NCBI GenBank assembly: GCA_951406725.2
Contig: OX597823.1
Span: 93,806,001-93,870,000, forward strand
Reading direction: 5' to 3'
Source: Octopus vulgaris
Lineage: Eukaryota
Length of the DNA: 64,000 bases
In this document: piece after piece, positions 11,953 to 25,338 of the stretch
Numbering within the stretch: the first letter of the stretch is position 1
How the letters are laid out: each line of letters starts with the position of its first letter
Translations under genes and position numbers: made by a program
Notes under the pieces: model-generated
What the model saw: the letters and a program-made list of their open reading frames with translations, nothing else
The model's database searches: none
Told to the model about the DNA's origin: nothing

Positions 11953-12423
11953 ATTGACTGCTATTTCCAGTAAATAATGGTGCATTGTTGTACCACTATC
12001 CTATATTTATACTTTAACCTGGGAAGTAATACTACTGTATCGCACAATTTAACATTTTTTTTCTTTGAAAACTTTTTCACTGTTCTCAGTCTGTTAACGG
12101 CCAAGCATTCGGAGGAGCATATACTGGCATTGATGTAGCGGCATTTGGAATTTTGTCTAGGGGAATCTAGTCGAAGAGAACTATTCAAATTTACGTTAAC
12201 AAGTGTAATTTAGAAAGTTTGAAATCTGGGTCCTAGATTATCCACATTTAGGCTGTACATATATTTAATGTTCTCCCAACGGGGAAGATGAAATTTCTTT
12301 GCGTTCGCCGCCCGCAAACATCTTTGCCAATATAATATATACAGTGAAGCTTTACAATAGCGTCGTATATTATCGACTGCTATTTCCAGTAAATATTGGT
12401 GCACTGTTCTACCTCAATCCTAT
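11949..12423. repeat. ~55 bp diverged direct repeats bracketing ~360 bp, embedded in (TA)n
   Basis: gactgctatttccagtaaata...ggtgca...atcctata at about 11950-12005 and 12369-12423. Confidence 0.65.
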
Positions 12424-12434
12424 ATATATATATA

Positions 12435-12687
12435 TCACGTGATCACGTGATCGACCAGGCTATCAGATGTTGCTGCAGATCGCTGGTCACAATGCGCTTT
12501 GCATTGTTTTAGCCTTCAACTGCCGCCAGCCCGCGAGCAGGCCTATAGAAGAAAGAGTGAGAACAAGTTGTGGCGAAAGAGTACAGCAGGGATCGCCGGA
12601 GCCTTGTGGAGCTTTAGGTCTGAGAATCGAAACCGCGATCCTACGACCGCGAGTCTGCTGCCCTAACCACTGGGCCATTGCGCCTCC
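12435..12687 (-). mobile_element. tRNA-Arg-like SINE (OR-type), internally deleted
   Basis: Head GGAGGCGCAATGGCCCAGTGGTTAGGGCAGCAGAC-TCG-CGG..GTTTCGATTC; homologous to 54380-54664. Confidence 0.8.
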
Positions 12688-12696
12688 ACACACACT

Positions 12697-12764
<68 letters not shown>

Positions 12765-12829
12765 CATATGTATATATATACATATATATATATGTATATA
12801 TATATATATGTGTGTATATATATGTATGA

Positions 12830-12860
<31 letters not shown>

Positions 12861-12920
12861 CATACATATATATGTATATATATATATATGTATGTTTATA
12901 TATATACATATATATACATA

Positions 12921-12979
<59 letters not shown>

Positions 12980-13001
12980 GTGTGTGTATATATATGTATG
13001 A

Positions 13002-13032
<31 letters not shown>

Positions 13033-13158
13033 CATACATATATATGTATATATATATATAACGAGAAGCTTTATGAAAATAGACAAAAGACGAAGGCAGG
13101 TGGAAAACAAACAAACAATTGTATTAGTATGGCGCTCAGGAAATATAAATAAAACAAG

Positions 13159-13196
13159 TCTTTAACGTTTCGAGCCTACGCTCTTCAACAGAAAGA
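13159..13196 (-). ncRNA. Minimal hammerhead motif, A6U variant
   Basis: TCTTT-CTGTTGA-A-GAGC(GTAG)GCTC-GAAA-CG-TT-AAAGA. Confidence 0.65.
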
Positions 13197-14024
13197 TACA
13201 CAGAGAGAAAAAAACACAGAAAGAAGGAGAGAAAAAAATGCGTGCAGTAACTAACGAATCAACATGGCGATCTGATTTCGGCCAGAGGTCAAAGATCAAA
13301 CATGAGACGCGAGAGCGAAATAAGGGGAGATAATAGGGTTGAATGACCAGCTATTAGTGCGTAGGAGGGGTCTGGGTGTGTGTATGTATAGGGTTGGTGT
13401 ATGTATTAGTATGTATTAGTATGTATAAGGGTGTGTGTGTGTGTGTATGAGAGAGTATTAGTGCGTAGGATAGGTCTGGACAGGCGTATGTATGGGGTTG
13501 GTGTATGTATTAGTATGGATTAGTACGTATTAATATGTATAAGTGTGTGTGTGTGTGTATGAGAGAGTATAAGTGCGTATGAGGGGTCTGGACGTGTGTA
13601 TGTATAGGGTTGGTGTATGTATTAGTATGTATTAGTACGTATTAGTATGTATTAGTTGGTGTATGTATTAGTATGGCACATCATATATGATGTGATGTGT
13701 AAAGTCGTGTGGTGTAGTGAGGAGAAGAGGGGGAGGGGAAGAAGAGGGGCGAAGAAGGCGAGGGGAAGAATAGGGGGAGGAGAGGGGGAAGAGGAGAGGA
13801 GGGGAGAAGGAAGGGGAGGAGGGGGGATGAATGAGGAAAGAGGGGGAGGGAGAGAGAGAAGGGGAGTGAGGGAGCAGAGGGAAGGGTAGAGGGAAGGAGG
13901 GAGGGAGAAAGAGGGAAGAAGGGAAGGGGAGTAGGGGTGAAAGGATGAAGGACTGAAGAAGTAGGGGTCGGGGGCGAAGGATAGGTGAGGAGGGGGAGAG
14001 GGGGATTAGATGAGGAGGGGGAGA

Positions 14025-14358
14025 TTTTCGACCAAATGGCGTATAAGAGCGAAGAGAGAAGATTAATTCCTGTTCACGGCGCAAACGGGAATCCGGATGG
14101 CCTCTGTGTAAGGACAAACCGAACACAGATAGGTGTTGCAAGGAGTGACCGGTGGAGCGGAAATGGCGTGAGACCGGTGTGTCGTTCGCAAGGTGGATGT
14201 CACGAAGATGTTCCGCGAACCGATCAGCCAAGCGGCGTCCCGTTTGTCCGATGTACAAGGAATTGCAGAGTGAGCAAGAGACGCAATAGATAATATTGCT
14301 GGAGGTGCAGGTGAAGGAGTGGATGATGGGATAGGGTCGATGGTGGGTGCTAGTGAGG
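14025..14358 (-). pseudogene. PLE GIY-YIG endonuclease domain fragment
   Basis: FTCTSSNIIYCVSCSLCNSLYIGQTGRRLADRFAEH...HF..TGHS...RLRREQELIFSL..PFG. Confidence 0.9.
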
Positions 14359-14381
14359 CGGGTGGATGTTTATATATATAC

Positions 14382-14468
<87 letters not shown>

Positions 14469-14578
14469 AAATAGTAAAAAGTGAAAAAACTACAGAAGGC
14501 TTAAATGTTAAAAAATATATATTTGCGTCAATATGTCTGAAGAATATTAAAAAAATTTTTGAAGTATATAAAAAAAAA

Positions 14579-15036
14579 ATGTTTTCTCTTATAATGACAT
14601 AATTTAGAAGAAAGACCGGTTTCGCGTTTAGCTTTTCAAATTTCTTGCGACGTTATGTTTATGTTGAACAGGGTTATCGTTATGTTTATGTTCAAAAGAG
14701 TTCTAAAGATTTCCATTTTACCAATGTGCTATCGGATCATCAACACAAATTAGACTAAACAAGGAAACATTCTTCATTGAAAAGTGCAAGCCCAGACTTA
14801 ACCATCCCAACATACTGATACAGAGAAATTCACACCAAGGGAAAGGAAAAAAATTTTAAGTGATTATCTCCCTTACACCGGAAGAAATCACTCATTACCT
14901 CCCCTTATTTAGAACTCTTTTGAACATAAACATAACGATAACCCTGTTCAACATAAACATAACGTCGCAAGAAATTTGAAATGCTAAACGCGAAACCTGT
15001 CTTTCTTCTAAATTATGTCATTATAAGAGAAAACAT
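14579..15036. repeat. ~129 bp inverted repeat (PLE inverted pLTR) with U3:A8 hammerhead-like motif
   Basis: Arms 14579-14707 and 14908-15036 nearly identical; motif at 14608-14646 (-) and a mutated copy at 14969-15007 (+). Confidence 0.85.
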
Positions 15037-15539
15037 GCACGCTCCGTTGCACGCTCCTTGCACGCTCCGTTGTCTCGAACCTTGCTTCTATTGTGGCGAA
15101 TTTACCGCCTCTGATTAGATGTCTTTCATAGTCGCACCAAGACACTTTTCGAAGGTGCTTTCCTCCATGTGTTCAAATCTTCATTTTTCTCTACATTGTA
15201 TAATTTATAGACAATAGTCTTTTCTTTAATTTAATTTTTTATTATCCATCTGGACTATTCCATTTCTGCATGCTAATTTTATTTTTGATTTATTCCCATT
15301 CATATGAAACCACTTATTTACGTTTAAGTCATTGATGCAATTTTATACCAATTGCTATTTTTATATTTTTTATGTTACAATTATATTATACTTTAGTTTG
15401 ATTTTAATTATTACTTACTACATATAAGTCAATTGTTATTATTATTTTTATTGTTAAAGTGAAAGTATCTGACATAAAATAGAGAAATGTTTTTGTTTCA
15501 CTTTTAACACGTAATACTGAAATAGTGGAGAAGATATGA

Positions 15540-15720
15540 TATTGCTATGGGCTCGCTCTAGGCAAGAAGTTGAACTTTTTTTGCCCATGAAACTACATGA
15601 ACCCTAAGTAAGGCATGTGTAAAATTTTAATGAAATTGGTTGTATAGTTCTCAAGTTTTAGGGAAACACACAGACAGACAGACACACACACACATTGTCA
15701 GTTTTATATATATAAAGATA
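15540..15720 (+). mobile_element. Possible 3' end of a non-autonomous Helitron-like element
   Basis: tgtaaaattttaatgaaattgg...(acag)n(ac)n attgtcagttttatatatataaagat resembles Helitron-associated repeat ends; recall only. Confidence 0.3.
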
Positions 15721-15984
15721 TATACACACATCCCATGAGAAGTGATGGGCACCCATGTTTCGCAATTTTTGTGACTTATCAACATCACGTACCTGAATTG
15801 TACGAGATTCGAATCGAATCGCCAATCTATTAATATATATAAATACGTTAAAAACTATTTGCTGGTATGCCCGGACGATGACACCCAACGTAATGGGGGA
15901 GACATCCTTCCCCACCGGCGCCATGGGACAGCGAAAGGGCGAACGAACAAAACATATACATTGAGTACGCGCGGTCGATAATGT

Positions 15985-16200
15985 GTGTGTGTGTGTGTTA
16001 GTGTTTGCTAACCCGCTTGTTTCAAAACTAATGTTGGATTGTGTTACATCGCCGTTCATAGTACTTCGGCAAAAGAAATCAATGAAACAGGTGCTAGAAA
16101 AACAAACATCTGTACTGGGTTTGATTTGTATGATTAAAACCCTTCAAGGGATTTCTTCAGCATGGCAGCAGTCCAAGAAATGGAACAATTAAAAGATAAA
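15985..16200 (+). mobile_element. Decayed 3' half of SINE family seen at 31133-31556
   Basis: ttcggcaaaagaaatcaatgaaa...cagcatggcagcagtc...taaaagataaaaga. Confidence 0.55.
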
Positions 16201-17389
16201 AGATATAGAAAATCATTCGAATATGCTCAGTGGAAATGTAGCTGAAATTTCATACACATATTTTTGTCTTCATCCATGCAGTTGTCAGCTCAACGATATT
16301 AAATTAAAACTGATGCCTTCCTATACAGAGAAGTTTAATCTATTTATCAGTCGTCTGTCAAGGATTGAAGTTTTTCAGTTAGATTGTCTAATAGCTGCCC
16401 CATTGTCTTATTTCGGACACCATTTATTTCCTGTTCTATTTACTACAATACAACACTATTTTCTTTCGTTTATTTTTTATTCTCCATATTGATATAGGTA
16501 GGCAATTTTCTTTTCTATCAGGAGATATTATTGGAAAAAATGCTTTTGACAGCTTGTTGCCCTTCTTCTAGTTAACCAATAGATTGTCAAGTTGGAGGAA
16601 AAACAATAATTTTCTTTGATGGGGTATAGAACATAATAATTGGAAAATATTTACAGACCCGTGTAGCCAAAAGCCTTTTGAAGAATGTCTTTTGTACGTC
16701 TTAGCGGAGTGTTGTGAAATAGATTTACCCAATTAATGATCTGTTACAATTTGCCTGAAACATAGGAAATTTGGTCGATTTGCAAACTGTGATGGCCAGC
16801 TTTTGTATTGTCTAAGTATAATCTTCTTTCTAACAGTAAATTCTTATAATGGACTGCAAATATTTGTCAGTATATGAGATTGATGTTAGTTTTACATGGA
16901 ATTCATAAAAATTACATCACACATAGAGCAGAAATACACACATAGTCACACACACATACATACTTACATATATACATACATACATATATACACACACACA
17001 CGCACATACACACACGCACATACACACATATATATGGATGTATATACATATATATATATATTTATATATATATAATCCAAAGAACGGAACAACACCGTAA
17101 CGGACGACAATAAAATCATACGGACAGATGGATAATACAAAGACGGATAGGAACATGCGTGGCTTTCTGTTCAACGGTCAAATTTTCAATTATCAATACA
17201 CTTTCGGTCTGTTTCACTTGAGACTGTTCAAAATAGGTAGGCCTCAAAAATCTAAGGTAAGGGTATTTAAAATGGGTGAATATGTGCGACAACACGGAGA
17301 AAAATAAACGAGAAAACGGAGAAAATGTTACACGATTCCAAGTACAAACAACAAAAAAAACAGCAGGTATCTTTCGACTGAGGAGCTTA

Positions 17390-17535
17390 TTTTAGTTTCA
17401 TTCTACCAAACCTACTGAGAAGACATCGGCCGGCCCGAGACTACAATAGCAGAAACTTAGCTAAGGTGTCACACAGCGGGACTGAATCCGGAACATATGG
17501 TTTCGAGGCGAGCTTGTTACTATGCAGCCATGCCT
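17390..17535 (-). mobile_element. Decayed 5' half of SINE family seen at 31133-31556
   Basis: ggcccgagactacaatagcagaaact...gggactgaatccggaac...cagccatgcct. Confidence 0.55.
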
Positions 17536-17911
17536 AAGCTTTAAATAAAATATTAGAATATATGTGCATCAAAATCTACACAAGCGAAGGTGGCGGATGT
17601 TATTGAATTCAGGAGAGAAATATAAACAAAATTACTCTATGGTTAATATTTGCAGAAATTAATGGAAGCTGTGGGAGCTTGTGATGCATTAATGCAGGAG
17701 GGGGGGATATGATAAGACGAAGGTGAGTCGAGGGGGTGGGTGTAAAGGGGGCTGAAACTAATGATGAAGGAAAAGAGTGAAAATTAAAGGCTACGAGAAC
17801 TATAGAAGGAATGAGAGATATATAACACACAAAGAATATATATATTGTATATTCGTGCGTGTATATATATATATATATATATAGATATAGATAGATAGAT
17901 AGATAGATAGG

Positions 17912-17967
<56 letters not shown>

Positions 17968-18069
17968 CAGACAGATAGATAGATAGATACATACATACAT
18001 ACATACATACATACATACATACATACATACATACATACATACATACATACATACATACATACATAGATT

Positions 18070-18163
<94 letters not shown>

Positions 18164-18800
18164 CAGTTAGAGAAACGGAGAGAAAGGTATTGTTACTCAG
18201 AAAGGAATTAACGTTGAGAGAAGACAATAGAGACCTCGTGGGAGGTGTCCGTAAAACTTTCAAAAATATACACACACACAAATACGCACACACATACATA
18301 TATAATTACACATACAAACACACAAATGCATGTGTGTGTGAGAAAGACAGAAGCATGTGCACGTACGTGTGTATGCAGCAATATGTGTGATTTCATGCTC
18401 ATAACTTATGTATATCAATGTAACAGGTTATACAGAAGACATGACGGAGCTCGGCTATAGAACATTATCTCTATTGGAAATTTACATTAAGTTTTAAACA
18501 TCAACATTCTTATGGTCTCAAACGTTTTAAAACTTCTGCTTCATAATCTAATGGCACCAATAATTGCGACGATTTGTTACGGTGTATTATAGCAGGCATC
18601 TAGGGATCATTTAAATAATGGTCTAATTGAATATAACGTCATTCGTGTATTTTAAATCGTTGGTGAACAAGCGAATTTCATTGGTGATTTTACGACTGAT
18701 AGGTGATGGATCTCTGCTGATTTGGGCATTTAATTTTAACTTAATAGAGCTTACTTACTATATGTATATACATCTAACTATCTATCTATCTATCTATCTA

Positions 18801-18845
<45 letters not shown>

Positions 18846-18846
18846 A

Positions 18847-18877
<31 letters not shown>

Positions 18878-19599
18878 CTTCATTCCTCTCTCTCTCTCTA
18901 TTTATATATATATATATGCATATCTATCGCTCCCTCTATATACGTATTTGTCTATGTATCTATGTATATGTTTATACACACACATACATACATGCATACA
19001 TGCATATATTCATAAATATATATATGTGTTTGTGAGTGTGTGTGTATGTGTGTATAGAAACATATGCAGATAGATACATGCAGATATAGATACATGTAAG
19101 CAGGTATATATATATATATATATATATACTAATATAAATCGCGACACATATATATATGTATGTGTACATGTGTGGTGGGTATAGATAGACAGAAAGAAAG
19201 ATGGGCAATTTCCAACTCTCGTCTCCAGAATGTCCGCAAATGCATTTTTTTCTCATAAAATTCATTCGAAATTTATAGGCATACAATTTTCTAAACGAAT
19301 ACGTATGCATTCACATACATACATACATACATACATACATACATACATACATACATAATGCATACATACATATGTACATACATATTTACACACGTGCATT
19401 TATGTATATATGTATGCATATATGTATGTATAATTTTATATATATATATGAATATATAGTAATATATATATAGGTAAGGATAGATATACCTATATATATA
19501 TATCCACATATATAAATAAACATGTACATGCATATATATACACACATATATAGATATATATCTTTATAGCTATGTTTCATTTATATATGTTTATTAAAT

Positions 19600-19915
19600 G
19601 GGTAATGACCTCCTCAGGTGGCGAATAACGATGGGATTTCATCTAGAGAATTCCACTCCCAAGGACAGGGCCGAGCAAGATTGTTTATGCATACCAGCCT
19701 CTCTTCTCATCGTCACGAACGTTATTTGAGGAAAAGCAAAGGGTCCTGTACAACTTGGCCCCAGTGACGTCAGAACTCATTTCTCCACCTGAGTGATCTA
19801 GAGCAACGTGAAATAAAGCGTCTTGCTCAAGAACACAACACGCAGCCAGGTCCGGGAATCGAAATCACTACCTCATGATTGTGAGCCCGACGCTCTAACC
19901 GCTGAGCTACGCGCT
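19600..19915 (-). mobile_element. tRNA-derived SINE
   Basis: gagcaacgtgaaataaagcgtcttgctcaagaacacaac...ggaatcgaa...ctctaaccgctgagctacgcgc. Confidence 0.75.
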
Positions 19916-19934
19916 TATTATATACATATATTTA

Positions 19935-20165
19935 TTTTTTCTTTACTACCCAGAAGGGGCTAAACATAGATGGGACAAACAAGGACAGACAAACGGATTA
20001 CGTCGATTATATCGACTTCAGTGCGCAACTGGTATTTAATTTATCGACCCAGAAAGGATGAAAGGCAAATTCCACCTCGGCGAAATTTGAACTCAGAACG
20101 TAGGGGCAGACGAAATACCGCAAAGCATTTCGCTCGGTGTGCTAACATTTCTGCCAATTCGCCAC
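19935..20165 (-). mobile_element. Meta-domain tRNA SINE monomer
   Basis: Homologous to 4435-4658. Confidence 0.8.
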
Positions 20166-20258
20166 TTTTGTTATATACATACATATCTTTCCGTTTATAT
20201 ACTTGTATATGCAGGAATATTCATATTTATGTAGATATGTGTGCATATGTATGTGTGT

Positions 20259-20327
<69 letters not shown>

Positions 20328-20742
20328 AGTGTGTATACATATATATACGTGCATGCATATGTGTGTGGATATATTTCCATAATGTGTGCAAGAATATTGT
20401 GCTAATGAGCCTTTTTCGATCCTAGGTTAGAGCGAGGAAAACCTTTCCCCCCTCTCCGAATCCCCGTGGGACCGTAAATCAATTGTGTGCATTGTCTAAA
20501 TATACTAGTGGGAGTCATTAGTCACAAATATAGACTAATGCAGTAAGCGTTCCACAGAGGTTCATCGAAGATTCTCTCTGCTTCACTAGTTATAGGACAC
20601 CCGCCATGTTTACTGATGTTACATTCTGACAGCAGCTGTCTGTCTGTTTGCTCGTGGCCGTACTTCATTAGCATTCTGTGTATATGGGCGTTTATGTATT
20701 TGCACACTCACACACATACCTACGTATACATCCACACAGATA

Positions 20743-20808
<66 letters not shown>

Positions 20809-20953
20809 ATTCTATGTATATATACACATGTTTTAAACACACATAATCAGACAAAAACACAAACACTAATAAGTATACACATTCTTCATTCAACTGCCTA
20901 TCAGACCACTTTGGAATTGTCCCTCAGTTTTTCTCTTTTTCTCAGTATGAGTA

Positions 20954-20997
<44 letters not shown>

Positions 20998-21441
20998 TAC
21001 ATACATACATACATACATACATACATACTAATATACATACATATAAGTATATATATATATATATATACATATATACATATATACATATATACATATATAC
21101 ATATATATATATACATATGCATATAAATACATACATATAAATATATAGAGAGATATACATACATGCATATGTATGTAATGGAATAATTACTATGAAGCAT
21201 TGTGTAGAATATAATATATAAAGAATCGTGGTTAATGTCAAACAATGCGAAGTAAATGCAAGTTAAATCACAAGAACACAAATATTTAAATTAATGTAGA
21301 CTTACTTTGTACTCAATATTTTGCGTTCATGAACCCATTTTCAAGAAACTGACGAAATTTTCTTTGATATATCTGCTAAGATGAGATGTTAGTGTTATTT
21401 TCATTTTTGCACAATTTAGACGGCAGACTATTCACCCCACC

Positions 21442-21530
<89 letters not shown>

Positions 21531-21536
<6 letters not shown>

Positions 21537-22682
21537 AATAAATGTTTTATATATAAAGAACGTGAAATACAGGAAGGGACAAACACGGAACACAGACAAA
21601 TCATTCGAAGCCTTCAATCTTCAGTCAGACTGAATCTTCAATCTTCAATCATCATAGCAAATTTTGGCTGTTCAATTCTGATATTTACTCCAACTCGGCC
21701 AGCCCCAAGAAAAAAAATAAGCTGTAAGCATTAGATTTCTTGGTAGAAGACACGAATGTAAACGCACGAGACGGATGTAAATACGAGAGACGAAAACGAA
21801 ATTGAAAACGGTAACGGTTAAACAAAATATAATATAACGGTGGTTGTCATACGACTTTAGACCAAATGAGACAAAACATCAAACATAGCAGCAGGCGTAG
21901 AAATAATTACCTTTTCGGTAGAGGAGACAAATACAGATGTTGGCAAGATACGATCGCCAACGAAATGGTGGAGAAGCAGCAGGTTGCAGGGGAGAGAGAG
22001 AAAGAGAGACATAGAGAGAGGGAATCAAAGAGGGTGGAAGGCAGGGTACAGAATCAGTCAGAGACCGAGAGAAAAAGAGAGAGAAGGGTTTGAGGTGGAT
22101 GGGAGGAAGAGGGGGGAAGAAAAAAAGGGCGCCAAAATAGTTTGGTCAAGAAGCAATGGCGGGTAGGAAAGAGAAGTATATAGAAGTCGTGCAGGGTTTA
22201 AAATTGGATAAACAAACGGGGGAGGTGCACGTAACGCCGCGGTAATATAAGAATATATGTTTTATATATAAAGAACGTGAAATACAGGAAGGGACAAACA
22301 CGGAACACAGACAAATCATTCGAAGCCTTCAATCTTCAGTCAGACACCGAATCATCATAGCAAATTTCGGCTGTTCAATTCTGATATTTGCTCCAACTCG
22401 GCCAGCCCCAAGAAAAAAAACTAAGCTGTAAGCATTAGATTTCTTGGTAGAAGACACGAATGTAAACGCACGAGACGGATGTAAATACGAGAGACGAAAA
22501 CGAAATTTAAAACGGTAACAGTTAAACAAAATATAATATAACGGTGGTTGTCATACGACTTTAGACCAAATGAGACAAAACAACAAACATAGCAGCAGGC
22601 CTAGAAATAATTACCTTTTCGGTAGAGGAGACAAATACAGATGTTGGCGAGATACGATCGCCAACGAAATGGTGGAGAAGCA

Positions 22683-22685
<3 letters not shown>
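21531..22685 (-). mobile_element. Non-autonomous PLE-like element: two ~440 bp direct repeats around a purine-rich spacer
   Basis: 21531-21981 and 22246-22685 nearly identical; both outer ends in (TA)n; minus-strand CTGAAGA core without a clean full HHR. Confidence 0.7.
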
Positions 22686-22749
<64 letters not shown>

Positions 22750-22759
22750 TCTGCACTAC

Positions 22760-23525
22760 CAGCATTCAAAACTGAATATTAAACTTACAGGATACACCGG
22801 TCCACAGGGAATTTCAATCCCAGAGCCTAAGTCTGTGAGGGACCTAGGTATCGACATGAGTGATGATACCTATTTCCAAGTGCACATTACCAGGATGGCG
22901 ACAAAGTGCAGACGACTGGCTGGATGGATCCTAAGAACATTCAGAACCAGAGATAAGGAAACCATGATGGTCTTCTGGCGGACATTCGTCTTCAGCCGCC
23001 TGGATTACTGCTCACAGCTATGGTCACCCACCAGTGTGAAATTAATAGCGGACCTTGAAGCCATCCAGAGAAGATTCACAAAGAAGATCGACTCTTTGCA
23101 ACAGCTCAGCTACTGGGAAAGGCTGTAACAGCTAAGACTCTACTCCCTGGACAGAAGACGGGAGAGGTATGCAGTAATATATATCTGGAAGATCCTGGAA
23201 GGAATTGTGCCAAATTTTGGCATTGTAAGCTACACCAATGCTAGAACAGGACGACACAGCATAGTGCCAAATATCCCAGCAATGCCATCACGCTTCAGGA
23301 CCAGCTACTGCAACAGCATAGGTTTCAAGGGCCCACAGCTTTTTAATATTCTCCCAAAGAGTCTGAGGAACTTGCACAAAGTAGATGTAGCGGTTTTTAA
23401 ATCAAAGCTGGACCTCTTCCTGTCAAGAGTCCCAAATGAACCTACTTCACTGCAAGTGCAAATGAGAGTAGCTATATCAAACTCCATTCTTCACCAAATG
23501 CCACATATTAGAGGAGGCCCTTAGT
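22760..23525 (+). pseudogene. CR1-like LINE ORF2 3' fragment
   Basis: VRDLGI..GWILRTF..SRLDYCSQLWSP..LEAIQRRFTK..LSYWERL*..LYSL.RRRERY..GPQLFNILP..FKSKLD. Confidence 0.9.
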
Positions 23526-23590
23526 AATAACAGTGTAGCACAAAACGGCGGTGCATCAGCATGGCGGTAGCTCTGAGCTGAAACAAATAG

Positions 23591-23676
<86 letters not shown>

Positions 23677-23779
23677 GTACTGTTGTGTCAGGGGAGAGTT
23701 ATTTTCTTTTTGTGCCCTATTATCTAACACACTCACCGGTAAAGGAATCTTGCAAACCAAATCCGAAAACGAAATATAC

Positions 23780-23868
<89 letters not shown>

Positions 23869-23913
23869 ACAAAAAGACAAGGTAGAAAATGTTAAAATAA
23901 TTTTATAAAAACA

Positions 23914-23955
23914 TTTCAGTACCGGTTTCGATTACTGAAGCTTTTTCAACTGTAA
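23914..23955 (-). ncRNA. Hammerhead-like motif, U3:A8 variant, in short pLTR next to (TA)n
   Basis: CAG-TTGAAAA-A-GCTT(CAGT)AATC-GAAA-CCGG-TA-CTG; one stem II mismatch. Confidence 0.55.
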
Positions 23956-24604
23956 GTATGGAAAACAATTAAATTTTGGAAAAATTAAATGAAAATATTT
24001 TTGGGAGAATATTTGCATAGTATTCAAACACAAGGCGCATTTTCCTTGTTTCTGCCTTCTCTGTCTCTCTCGTTCACTCTTACATATATACGTGTATAGA
24101 TACACACGCACACACACACAAATACATGTATACATATGCATACACTATGCACACAGAAAAAGACACATGCACACCCAAACACACGCATGTATATATATAT
24201 ATATATATATTTCTATTTATACACAGATTACTATAACATACATGCATGTATGTCTATTTACGCGCCAATTTATCTACGCAAGAATGTCCCAATTTCCAAA
24301 TATCCCACCCTGCATAAGCTTGTATATGCCGCTGTGTGTGTGTGTGCGTGCATATGTGTGTGAGTGTACGTGTATCTGTGTCTATGTATGTGTATCTGTA
24401 TCTGCATACGTATCATTGCTTATAATCCTTATAAGTTATTTGAGCAATAATTAGCATGTATGGTTTTATGATACCCTATATTTCTTAGAAAATCTTTTAA
24501 ATTTTTCATATTACTCCCAATAATTCTTAATTATTATAGTTCTTCAGCTGTGGACGGAATCTGCACGATTCAATTTGATTTGCTATATTTTGAAAATAAA
24601 CACC

Positions 24605-24870
24605 CGTCACTCCGTCGTTTACGACGACGAAGGTTCCAGTGAATCTAATCAACCGGACAGTTTACTCGTGAAATTAATGAGCAAGTGAGTGAGCACGCCA
24701 CTGATACGGACACCCTTAACGTATAACATAGGGGGGTTCAGCGTGACACAGAATGTGACAAGACTGACCCTTTTGAATTACAGGTGCAAATCACCTTTGC
24801 CAGCTAACTGGACTGAAGCAAAGTGAAGCAAAGTATCTTGCTCAAGGACACAATGCGTGACAGGGAATTG
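24605..24870 (-). mobile_element. Diverged tRNA SINE (5'-truncated)
   Basis: gactgaagcaaagtgaagcaaagtatcttgctcaaggacacaatgc shared with 19800-19845. Confidence 0.6.
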
Positions 24871-24939
24871 AGAGACATCTAATGACATCGATTATTTGAA
24901 GCGTCTCGTTTAGTTTCCCAGGTTTTTAATCAGGAATAT

Positions 24940-25338
24940 TCTTTTCTACTCAAGGCGCAAGGTCCGAAATTTTGGGGATGTGGTCCAGTCGATTAGATCG
25001 ACCTCAGTACGAAACTGGTACCTAATTTATCGATTCCCAAAGGATGAAATACAAAGTCGACCTCGGAGGAATTTGAACTCAGAACGTAGAGACAGTCGGA
25101 ATATCTATTTCTTTACTACCCACAGAGGGTGAAACATAGAGAAGGCAAACAGGGACTGACAAACGGATTAAGTCGATTATATCGGCCCCAGTGCGTAACT
25201 GGTACTTATTTAATCGATTCCCAAAGGATGACAGGGTAAGTCGACCACGGCGGAATTTGAACTCAGAACGTAAAGACAGACGGAATACCGCTAAGCAATT
25301 CACCCAGCTTGCTGACGTTTCTGCCAGCTTACCGCCAT
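24940..25338 (-). mobile_element. Meta-domain tRNA SINE dimer
   Basis: Two units, junction near 25104. Confidence 0.8.

Larger units (their letters stand above)
13060..14368 (-). mobile_element. 5'-truncated Neptune-like Penelope element (GIY-YIG end, low-complexity 3' UTR, pseudo-LTR)
   Basis: Endonuclease fragment followed by pyrimidine tract, TACTAATACA repeats and an HHR-bearing pLTR; both ends in (TA)n. Confidence 0.85.

Noticed and set aside
16300-16900. Unique-looking segment, possible transposase relic
   Set aside because: Multiple stops and no motif recognised with confidence.
17195-17240. Hammerhead-like TTGAACA..GAAA on the minus strand
   Set aside because: No stem I and a mismatched 3-8 pair.
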